From the NCBI GenBank assembly GCA_040218735.1, contig JAVJQW010000018.1:96001-160000 (forward strand): a stretch of 64,000 nucleotides of DNA, in the 5' to 3' direction. The stretch's first letter is position 1; each line of letters starts with the position of its first letter. The position numbers and the translations under genes were made by a program. The notes under the pieces are model-generated. The model was not told where the DNA came from. It ran no database searches and saw only the letters and a list, made by a program, of their open reading frames with translations. Of the stretch, positions 19,101 to 29,099 are shown piece by piece. The DNA comes from Deltaproteobacteria bacterium. Its GTDB lineage: Bacteria; Myxococcota; Kuafuiibacteriia; Kuafuiibacteriales; Kuafuiibacteriaceae.

Positions 19101-20859
<1,759 letters not shown>

Positions 20860-20908
20860 AAGGTCGTCTCGATCGGAACGCAGAGCCGTGTTAACGCCCT
20901 GCGGCGAG

Positions 20909-22330
20909 ATGACCCCCAAGGAAGCACTCGAATTCACCAAAGAGCACCGAATCCAGATGGTCGACCTGAAGTTCGTCGACCTCTTCGGCATCTGGCAGCA
21001 CTTCACGTTCCCGATCGAGGAGCTCGAGGAGTCCACCTTCGAGGACGGCCTCGGCTTCGACGGCTCGTCGATCCGCGGCTGGCAGGCGATCAACGCCTCC
21101 GACATGCTCGTCATCCCGGACGCGACGAGCGTCCAGCTCGACCCCTTCATCGACACGGTCCCGACGATGTCGGTCATCGCGAACATCGTCGACCCGATCA
21201 CCCGCGAGCCCTACTCGCGTGACCCGCGCTTCGTCGCGCAGAAGTGTGAGAACTACCTCAAGTCCACGGGCCTCGGAGACACGATCTTCATCGGCCCGGA
21301 GCCGGAGTTCTTCATCTTCGACGAGATCCGCTACGACAACGCGCCGAACCAGACCTTCTACGAGATCGACTCGTCGGAGGGCGCGTGGAACGCCGGCCGT
21401 GACAGCGACCGCTCCGCGAACCTCGGTTACACGGTCCGCAACAAGGGCGGTTACTTCCCCGTGTCGCCGACCGACAGCGTCCACCCGCTCCGCATCCAGA
21501 TGGTGCAGGTGATGAACGCGGTCGGGATGCAGGTCGAGCGCGAGCACCACGAGGTCGCGACGGCCGGTCAGTGTGAGATCGACTTCCGCTTCGCGCCGCT
21601 GGTGAAGTGCGCCGACTACGTGATGTGGCTGAAGCACATCGTGAAGAACGTCGCCGCGCAGAACGGCAAGACGGCGACCTTCATGCCGAAGCCGCTCTTC
21701 AACGACAACGGCTCGGGCATGCACGTGCACCAGTCGATCTGGAAGGACGGCGAGCCGCTGTTCGCGGGGGACGAGTACGCCGGGATGTCGAAGCTCGCGA
21801 TGCACTACATCGGCGGCGTCCTGAAACACGCGCCGGCGATCTGCGCGTTCACGAACTCCACGACGAACAGCTACAAGCGGCTCGTGCCGGGCTTCGAGGC
21901 GCCCGTGAACCTCGCCTATTCGTCGCGGAACCGTTCGGCGTCGATCCGCATCCCGATGTACTCGCCTTCGCCGAAGGCGAAGCGCATCGAGGTTCGGTTC
22001 CCCGACCCGCTCGCCAACCCCTACCTGGCGTTCTCGGCGCTCGCGATGGCGGGCATCGACGGCGTGCTCAACAAGATCGATCCGGGCGATCCGCTCGACA
22101 AGGACATCTACGGCCTCTCGCCCGAGGAGCTCGCGGACGTCCCCACGTGCCCGTCCAGCCTCGAAGGGGCCCTCGACGCGCTCGAGCAGGATCACGAGTT
22201 CCTCCTCAAGGGCGACGTGTTCTCCAGCGACCTGATCGAGACCTGGATCGACTGGAAGCGGACCAACGAGATCGACGCGCTCCGTAAGCGCCCGCATCCC
22301 TTCGAGTTCTCGCTCTACCACGACGGTTGA
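20909..22330 (+). CDS. glnA: glutamine synthetase type I
   Basis: FDGSSI, GPEPEF, HHEVA, FMPKP...[31 protein letters not shown]. Confidence 0.98.
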   Translation: MTPKEALEFTKEHRIQMVDLKFVDLFGIWQHFTFPIEELEESTFEDGLGFDGSSIRGWQAINASDMLVIPDATSVQLDPFIDTVPTMSVIANIVDPITREPYSRDPRFVAQKCENYLKSTGLGDTIFIGPEPEFFIFDEIRYDNAPNQTFYEIDSSEGAWNAGRDSDRSANLGYTVRNKGGYFPVSPTDSVHPLRIQMVQVMNAVGMQVEREHHEVATAGQCEIDFRFAPLVKCADYVMWLKHIVKNVAAQNGKTATFMPKPLFNDNGSGMHVHQSIWKDGEPLFAGDEYAGMSKLAMHYIGGVLKHAPAICAFTNSTTNSYKRLVPGFEAPVNLAYSSRNRSASIRIPMYSPSPKAKRIEVRFPDPLANPYLAFSALAMAGIDGVLNKIDPGDPLDKDIYGLSPEELADVPTCPSSLEGALDALEQDHEFLLKGDVFSSDLIETWIDWKRTNEIDALRKRPHPFEFSLYHDG

Positions 22331-22399
22331 GCATCGACCGGGGGGCTTCACTCCTCGGTAGACAATTCGGAAATCATTGCCCAATCTCTGTCGCCGAAC

Positions 22400-25300
22400 A
22401 TGCGACAGCTTCCTCGTTTTCTCCCTCTCCTCGGTCTCACAGTCGCCGCGACGCAGCTGGCCTCGCCCCTCGACGCCCAGGCGCAGTCGATCATCCAGTC
22501 CACGTCGTCGATCACGTACGCGGACCTACCGAACCCGGTCGTCGTCTATACGAACGTCGACGACGGCGCGACGCAGGTCACGATCCCGTTCCCCGTCACG
22601 TACTTCGGGAACACGTATACGAGCGTGATGTTTGGTGCGAACGGCGCGATTGCCTTCCCGCCGAACACGAGCGTCAGCCTCGGTAACGCCACACCCGGCA
22701 CCGGGACGCCGCAGAACTACATCGCGCCGTTCTGGGACGATATGCGTCTGTACCCGACGCCGAACCCCGCGGCGCGAATCGCGTACGAGGTGCAAGGGAC
22801 GGCGCCGAACCGGACGATCACGTTCGAGTGGAAGAACATCTCGCGTTGTTGCACGACGGGCGGCGCGGACCTTTCGTATCAGATCCGGTTGTTCGAGGGG
22901 CCGGCGATGCGGGTCGAGATCGACTACGGCCCGGGCTCCGTGACGACCTCGGTCTTCACGGCCACGATGGCGCTCGAGGACGACACCGGCGGCACCTTCT
23001 TCTTGTTCGCGCCGAGCATGTGCACGAACAACTGCACGATCACCGACTTCCAGGCGATGACCAACACGCGCGTCCTGATCATCAACGCGCCCAACCCCGA
23101 GCTGACCGCGCGCTTCGACGCGACCTTCCCGCCCGGGGCGCTGCCCGGCTCGACGTCGACCGCCGACGTGATCCTCACCAACCTCGGCACGCAGACCGCC
23201 AACAACGTCGCGGCCAACCTCTACCTGTCGACGGACGCCACGCTCGACGCCTCCGACATCCTGATCGGCAGCGCGACCGCCACCCTCCCGCAGGGCGACA
23301 ACGTGGTGACGTTCCCCGTGAACATCCCGGCGATGCAGCCGGTCGCGATCTACACGCCGATCGTCGAGGTCGATCCGGCCAATGCGTTCACCGAGATCAA
23401 CGAGGTGGACAACGTGGTCACGGGCCCGCCCTTCGCGACCGGTTACGAGATGGAGCCCACGGACGTCATCGTGACGAACCCCGGTGCGCTCGCGCCCGGG
23501 ATGCCGGTCAACTTCGACATCGAGGTCACGAACAACGGCGCCCCGTTCGCCGGGACGATGATGGTGGAGCTGTGGCTCTCCCTCGACGACACCCTCGACG
23601 CCGGTGACGCCCTGGTCGGCACCGCGCAGGTGACGGCCGTCGGCGACGCCGTCGAGGTGGTCTCCGCGTCCGGCACGATGCCGACGCTGCCGGTCGGCAA
23701 CTACCGCCCCGCGGTGGTCCTCGACCCGATGAACGACGTCGTCGAGGGTGACGAGACCAACAACAGCTTCGTCGGTCAGCCGCAGGTCATCAGCGGGAGC
23801 GACTTCACGGTGACGATGCCGTCGTCGACGCCGGCCGTCGTCGAGCTCCGCGACACGCTCACCGTCACGGCGAACATCCTCTCGCGCGGCATGCCGTTCA
23901 CGGGCACCGTCGACTACGGTGTGTACCTGTCGGCGGACAGCACGTTCGACCCGGGTGACCAGGCCATTCACCGGGACGTCGCGTCGTTCGCGAGCGGACC
24001 GGACGTCACGCTGAACCTGTCGATCCCCGTCGCGGCGCTCCCCGGCGAGCCGCAGCTCGGTCCGGGGGCGTACACGGTGTTCGTCGCGGTCGATCCGATG
24101 AACACGGTGATGGAGGCGCTCGAGGGCAACAACGTCGGCGAGGCCGGCCCGATGGAGCTGCTCGGCGCGGACATCATCGTCACGGACATCACGTCGGCCG
24201 CGGTGGGCTTCATCGACGGTCCGTACGAGATCTCGTTGACCCTCGAAAACGTCGGCGTGGGCGCGGCGCGTGCATTCAACTACGCGTACTACCTGTCGAC
24301 GAACGACATCATTCGCGTGACCGACCAGCAGATCTTCGTCTCGCAGACGGCGACGATCGCGGCCGGCGCCCGCCAGACCTTCACGGACACGGTGGTGCTG
24401 CCGACCTTCACGTCGACGCAGACGCTGTACCTCGGGGTCATCGCCGACATCTTCTCGTCGGTGCCCGAGACCTCGGAGTCGAACAACACGCGGCGCCGCA
24501 CCGACCCGATCAGCATCGTATTCCCGATCCCCGACCTCGTCGCGCAGGTCGTGGGCACGGCGACCTCGGCGGCGGCGGGCGAGGACCTGTCGGTCACGCG
24601 CATCATCGAGAACATCGGCGTCGCGCCGTCCGGCTCGTTCGAGTACGCGTACTACCTGTCGACCGACTCGCAGATCGACCCGGCGGTGGACCTCCGCATC
24701 GGCACGTTCCAGGGGACGCTCAACACGGGTGAGGATCAGTACGGCATCGACACGATGTTGATCCCCTCGACGATCCCGGCGGGCGACTACTACGTCGGCC
24801 TCCTCATGGACCCGGCGAACGCCGTGGTCGAGGTCGACGACACCAACAACGCGGCGACCACCGTCGGCACCATTCCGGTGTTCGAGGCGGCGATTCAGTT
24901 CACCACGGTGAACCTCCCGCGCGGCACGGTCGGTGTGCCGTACGAGGTCGGCCTCTACGCGCAGGGCGGCCCGCTCGGCATCACCTGGAGTGTGTCCGGC
25001 GGCGCGCTGCCCGACGGCCTGACGCTCGACGCCGCCTCCGGCATCATCAGCGGCACGCCGACGCGCGAGGGAGTGTTCGACGTTCGCTTCCGCGCGAGCA
25101 GCGGCACCGCCTCGACGGACGCCGAGTTCTCGATCCGCGTCGTGCCGCCGACGGTGGCCCTCACGGTCGCGACGCCGGCCCTCCCGGCCGGTCTGACCAG
25201 CCGCCCGTACGCGGCGCAGCTCCTCGCGGTCGGCGGTGTCCCGCCGTACACGTGGAGCGCGATGGGGGCGCTCCCGCAGGGCCTCGTGTTCACCGAGGAC

Positions 25301-26095
25301 GGCGCCATCACGGGCACGCCGGTCGCGCTCGGCGACTTCGCGGTGCGCTACACGGTGACCGACGACCTCGAAGCGACGGCGACGAAGGAGCTCGTCATCA
25401 AGGTCGTCTCCGGCGGTGAGTCGCTCCAGATTCGTCAGCTGCCGCTGCCGGACGCGACGCTCGGCGAGGAGTACTGCAACCCGGTGCCGGAGACGCTCCA
25501 GGCCAACAACGGTACGGAGCCGTACTCGTGGTCGATCGTCGGCGACGGCGTGCCCGGGATGACGCTGTCGCCGTCGGGTGAGCTCTGCGGGGTGCCGACG
25601 CGCGCTGGGGACTTCCGGTTCGTGGTGCGTGTGCAGGACGCGTCGCTCATCTACGACACGTCGCTGTTCCTCCTGACGGTGAACGACGGCAACGAGCTCG
25701 CCATCTCGACGACGACGCTCGACCCGGGCCAGGTCAACGAGGCGTACACCGCGCAGGTCACCGCGATCCTCGGGGCTGAGCCGTACGTGTTCTCGCTCGT
25801 CGAGGGTTACGGTGAGCTGCCGCCGGGGCTGACGGTCTCCGAGTCCGGTCAGATCGCCGGGACGCCGACCGAGGCCGGCAACTTCGCGTTCGCCGTGCAG
25901 GTCGTCGACGACGCCAACGCGGTCGACATCCAGGCGATGTCGCTGCTCATCGCGCCGGCGCCGCAGTCGCTCGACGGCGGCGGTGGTGACGGCTGCAGCT
26001 GTGCGGCCGACGCGTCGACGCCGCGTGACGCGCCGTGGGCTTCGCTCGCGTTGGTGGCGTTGCTCGGGCTGGTCCTCGTCCGTCGTCGCCGCTGA
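22400..26095 (+). CDS. large surface protein: CARDB-like and He_PIG repeats, MYXO-CTERM-like tail
   Basis: Signal peptide, repeated YLS.D...D..N...E..E.NN units, GG.PPY Ig repeats, GCSCA...hydrophobic...RRRR end. Confidence 0.85.
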   Translation: MRQLPRFLPLLGLTVAATQLASPLDAQAQSIIQSTSSITYADLPNPVVVYTNVDDGATQVTIPFPVTYFGNTYTSVMFGANGAIAFPPNTSVSLGNATPGTGTPQNYIAPFWDDMRLYPTPNPAARIAYEVQGTAPNRTITFEWKNISRCCTTGGADLSYQIRLFEGPAMRVEIDYGPGSVTTSVFTATMALEDDTGGTFFLFAPSMCTNNCTITDFQAMTNTRVLIINAPNPELTARFDATFPPGALPGSTSTADVILTNLGTQTANNVAANLYLSTDATLDASDILIGSATATLPQGDNVVTFPVNIPAMQPVAIYTPIVEVDPANAFTEINEVDNVVTGPPFATGYEMEPTDVIVTNPGALAPGMPVNFDIEVTNNGAPFAGTMMVELWLSLDDTLDAGDALVGTAQVTAVGDAVEVVSASGTMPTLPVGNYRPAVVLDPMNDVVEGDETNNSFVGQPQVISGSDFTVTMPSSTPAVVELRDTLTVTANILSRGMPFTGTVDYGVYLSADSTFDPGDQAIHRDVASFASGPDVTLNLSIPVAALPGEPQLGPGAYTVFVAVDPMNTVMEALEGNNVGEAGPMELLGADIIVTDITSAAVGFIDGPYEISLTLENVGVGAARAFNYAYYLSTNDIIRVTDQQIFVSQTATIAAGARQTFTDTVVLPTFTSTQTLYLGVIADIFSSVPETSESNNTRRRTDPISIVFPIPDLVAQVVGTATSAAAGEDLSVTRIIENIGVAPSGSFEYAYYLSTDSQIDPAVDLRIGTFQGTLNTGEDQYGIDTMLIPSTIPAGDYYVGLLMDPANAVVEVDDTNNAATTVGTIPVFEAAIQFTTVNLPRGTVGVPYEVGLYAQGGPLGITWSVSGGALPDGLTLDAASGIISGTPTREGVFDVRFRASSGTASTDAEFSIRVVPPTVALTVATPALPAGLTSRPYAAQLLAVGGVPPYTWSAMGALPQGLVFTEDGAITGTPVALGDFAVRYTVTDDLEATATKELVIKVVSGGESLQIRQLPLPDATLGEEYCNPVPETLQANNGTEPYSWSIVGDGVPGMTLSPSGELCGVPTRAGDFRFVVRVQDASLIYDTSLFLLTVNDGNELAISTTTLDPGQVNEAYTAQVTAILGAEPYVFSLVEGYGELPPGLTVSESGQIAGTPTEAGNFAFAVQVVDDANAVDIQAMSLLIAPAPQSLDGGGGDGCSCAADASTPRDAPWASLALVALLGLVLVRRRR

Positions 26096-26103
26096 GCCCG
26101 TGG

Positions 26104-26127
26104 GCCACGCGGTTCAAGCCGCGTGGC
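26104..26127. terminator. inverted repeat between convergent genes
   Basis: GCCACGCGG-ttcaag-CCGCGTGGC. No U-tract. Confidence 0.35.
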
Positions 26128-26506
26128 TCTCCCCCCGCCTTCGCCGCTCCCGCGCGTAGGCCTCCCGCGTCCGAAGGACGGCGTCCCGCACATAGGCCAC
26201 GGCCGGTTCGACCTGCTCCCGCACCTTCAGGAGGAGGGTCGCCGAACCCGTCCCGGTCGCGATGCGTATCGAGGCTTCGCGTTCGACACACCACAACCCC
26301 GAGACGTCGATGCGCACCGCGCCGCGGCGGCGGAGCGGTCGCACGTACACCAGCGCGCGGCCGTCGCAGTCGATGCGGCGGTAGGGCGCGCGGTCCTGCG
26401 CGGTCATGACCTGGCCTTCGGTCGTGCCGGGGACTTCGGCGAGGAGGGCACAAATCACGGTGTCGAGGAGGTGAGCGGTGGGGAGCGGTGTCTCGTAACG
26501 GCGCAC
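26114..26506 (-). CDS. small hypothetical protein
   Basis: Protein-like C-terminal part of ORF 26114..27340 that fills the gap. Start uncertain. Confidence 0.35.
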   Translation of the reverse strand: MRRYETPLPTAHLLDTVICALLAEVPGTTEGQVMTAQDRAPYRRIDCDGRALVYVRPLRRRGAVRIDVSGLWCVEREASIRIATGTGSATLLLKVREQVEPAVAYVRDAVLRTREAYARERRRRGESHAA

Positions 26507-26711
26507 GTGGGTGAAAGAAGCACGGTGTGGGCCACGCGCCGAACGTTCGAATTTCATTGCGCGTTTCATCCGTGTTCGTCCGAGCGTCCGAAAAGTCCGG
26601 CGCGGGCCGTCATCGACGACGCCGATCGGGCCGAATGACGTCGGCGGAGCGACCGCGGCCGGCTGCGCGACATCCGGAGCGCCTCGTGTGACGATGACCG
26701 CCCTGAGCGCG

Positions 26712-27731
26712 ATGAACGACGATAAGCGCCGCTCGCCCCGCGTGCCGATCGAGCTGTGGGTGATGGTGGAGGGCGTCGACGACTTCATGGTGAAGCGTCG
26801 GGGTGACCTCAGCTCCACCGGCGTGTCGTTCGAGGCGGACCGCAGGCTGGCCGAGGTCGGGTCGCTCGAATACCTCCACCTCGCGCTCGGCGATCGTTCC
26901 GAAGCGGTCACCGTCATGGGGCAGCTTGTTCGGGTCATGAGCATCGAGGACGAGGGCGTCGGTCGCGTCGCGCACGCGTTCGAGCTGTTCCCGCAGAACG
27001 AAGACATCCGCGCGCACCTCGACCGGTTCGTGGAGAGCGCGGGCGGTGTTCCGCTCCTGAAGACGATCGATCTCACCGACGACGTCCGACCCGCCGACGG
27101 TGCGGTCTTCCGCCTGAACATCGACAAGCTCGCGTTCGAGGCGACGTGGCCGGTGGCGGTGGGCACCAAGGTGCAAGTTGCGTTGACATCGCCGGACGGA
27201 CGCACCCGCATCCCGTTCGAGGGTCTCGTCACCGAGGTTCGACCCGACGGTGCGATGCACCACGTCGACGTGGCGGTTTCGGAGCCGGGCGTCCGGTCGG
27301 CGCCGGCGGTGTCGACGTTGACCAAGGCCAAGTCGATCACGGGGTCGATCGACCTGCTGTTCAGCGAGTGGATCGCGAGCCAAGATCTCTCCGCGTCGCC
27401 GCGTCAGCACCTCGTGGGGCAGCTCGACCGCGTGCCACTGAGCGGTTTGCTCACGTTGTTCGACATGGAGCGAATGTCGGGTGAGCTCGCGATCGGCCTC
27501 GATGCGCAGGACTACACGCTGTTCCTCGCGGAGGGGAAGCTGCTCGACATCGAACCCGCGCCGACCGAAGCCGAGATGCGCGAGGCGCTGCATCGGATCT
27601 CCAGCACGGTGTCGGGCACGTTCGAGTTTCGGGCGTGCGCCGTCGAGCGGGACGACCGCATCCAGCAGAGCACCACCGCGCTGCTCCTCGACCTCGCGCG
27701 CGAACGCGACGAGGGCGTCTGGTCAGACTGA
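26712..27731 (+). CDS. PilZ domain + DUF4388/PATAN-like domain protein
   Basis: RRSPR (RxxxR) and DLSSTG (DxSxxG). C-terminal GQL...LSGLL...SGEL...LF...G...GTFEF...LLLD. Confidence 0.8.
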   Translation: MNDDKRRSPRVPIELWVMVEGVDDFMVKRRGDLSSTGVSFEADRRLAEVGSLEYLHLALGDRSEAVTVMGQLVRVMSIEDEGVGRVAHAFELFPQNEDIRAHLDRFVESAGGVPLLKTIDLTDDVRPADGAVFRLNIDKLAFEATWPVAVGTKVQVALTSPDGRTRIPFEGLVTEVRPDGAMHHVDVAVSEPGVRSAPAVSTLTKAKSITGSIDLLFSEWIASQDLSASPRQHLVGQLDRVPLSGLLTLFDMERMSGELAIGLDAQDYTLFLAEGKLLDIEPAPTEAEMREALHRISSTVSGTFEFRACAVERDDRIQQSTTALLLDLARERDEGVWSD

Positions 27732-28016
27732 TCAGACCTTCCAGCGCGGGTCGTTCAAATCCACGAAACCGCCGGACGACTGGCGCTGCTCGAGTGCGCG
27801 CATCGCGGCGTCGGTGGCGTCCGTTCCGCGCACTCGGCCCGTCATGCGCGCGACCTCGCCGCCGTCTTGTCCGGGGAGGATGAGGCCACCGCCGTCCTTG
27901 GGTTGGATGAGTTGGGGTGGCGTGAGTCGTTTGTCCCGCTCCGGGAGCTGCAACCCATCGGGGCGGATGAGTTGGGGGCCCTTCGGGACGATGAGTTTCT
28001 GCGACATTCGACTCAC
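27732..28016 (-). CDS. small disordered protein with five LxxP repeats
   Basis: KLIVP, QLIRP, GLQLP, QLIQP, GLILP. GTGA overlap with the upstream gene. Confidence 0.6.
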   Translation of the reverse strand: MSRMSQKLIVPKGPQLIRPDGLQLPERDKRLTPPQLIQPKDGGGLILPGQDGGEVARMTGRVRGTDATDAAMRALEQRQSSGGFVDLNDPRWKV

Positions 28017-28972
28017 TCCAGCTCGAGGGCCGCCGTCGTCCCTGCGCCGATCGACTCGACGAGCCCGTGGTTCTCGGGGACCTCGACGGTGTTCTTGAAC
28101 ATGTTCCGCTTCACCTGTGCGGCCTCCTGACCCACCGCCAGGCCGGCCGGGGTGATCTGCGCGCGGCGCGCGGCGGACTCGAGCGGACGGAGGCTCGTCT
28201 TGGGTTTCTCCGATTTCGCGAGCATCAACGCCATGGGGCCGGAGCCGACCGACGTCTTCATCATCTTCGTCGCGAGCTCCATCATTCCTGCGTCCGCGGG
28301 TTCACCCGCGACGTTGCGGAACTTGTCCTCGATCGACCACTTGGCGAGCTTCTCGTCGAGCCACGCACGGTCGGTGATGTCGGGGCGCTCCTTGCGATCC
28401 TTGAACTTCCCGAAGGTCTCGATGACCGACGCTCGATCGGCGAGGCCGTCGGGCGGCGTCACCTCGCGGAGAGGGATGAGGTCGTCGTCATACGCGATCA
28501 GGCCGTAGGAGGCGCCGAGCGAAGTTGCGACTTCTTGGGCGACGGTCATCGCGTCCTTGAGGAGATCGATCTCGCGGTTTTCCTTGAGGAAGGCGGTGGG
28601 TTTGTACTGACAGCCCTCGCGCCCGCAGAACGCACACACCTCGCCGGCCTCGCCGCTGATGTCGAACGAGTAGATGATTCTGAAATCCGACGGGTCGAGA
28701 CCTTCGCGCGTTGCGACGCCGCGCACCGCTGACGCTTGTTTGTCGATCAGCGGTTGCAGTCGCGCGACGCGTTCGGGGTAGGTCTCTTTCTTCGCCGCGG
28801 TCGCACCGATCACCTGCGCGATGCGAACTCGATCGGGTCCTTCGCGAACGACGTTGCCTTCGACTTCGCGAACCGGTTCGCGCTCGAGGCTGACCTCGCG
28901 CTGCCGCTCCGCTGCGGGCGCCGCTGCAGGCTGGCTTGCAGAGGGGAAGAAGCCGGTACCACTGCTCTTCAT
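28013..28972 (-). CDS. hypothetical protein with degenerate vWA (CobT/NorD-like) domain and Cys cluster
   Basis: IIYSFDISG strand, helix, YGLIAYDD strand, late D, MALMLA strand, AGLAVG...F. CAFC...C insert. Confidence 0.6.
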   Translation of the reverse strand: MKSSGTGFFPSASQPAAAPAAERQREVSLEREPVREVEGNVVREGPDRVRIAQVIGATAAKKETYPERVARLQPLIDKQASAVRGVATREGLDPSDFRIIYSFDISGEAGEVCAFCGREGCQYKPTAFLKENREIDLLKDAMTVAQEVATSLGASYGLIAYDDDLIPLREVTPPDGLADRASVIETFGKFKDRKERPDITDRAWLDEKLAKWSIEDKFRNVAGEPADAGMMELATKMMKTSVGSGPMALMLAKSEKPKTSLRPLESAARRAQITPAGLAVGQEAAQVKRNMFKNTVEVPENHGLVESIGAGTTAALELE

Positions 28973-29063
28973 GTTCGGCTTATCGGAAGGGCCCTTCGGT
29001 CGGTGTGTAAGTTTTTGGGAGCATATGTCTCAGGAATTGTCATGATTCGGGACAACTTCCCAC

Positions 29064-29090
29064 GAAACACTACAATCGAGACGGCGATAC
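29064..29090 (+). promoter_or_regulatory. weak sigma28-like promoter match
   Basis: GAAA-N15-GGCGATAC versus TAAA-N15-GCCGATAA, 9 nt before ATG 29100. Confidence 0.25.
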
Positions 29091-29099
29091 AGAGGACGT

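Noticed and set aside
27732-28016. Pup/ubiquitin-like tag
   Set aside because: The C-terminus is RWKV, not GG(E/Q), and no ligase or proteasome genes are nearby.
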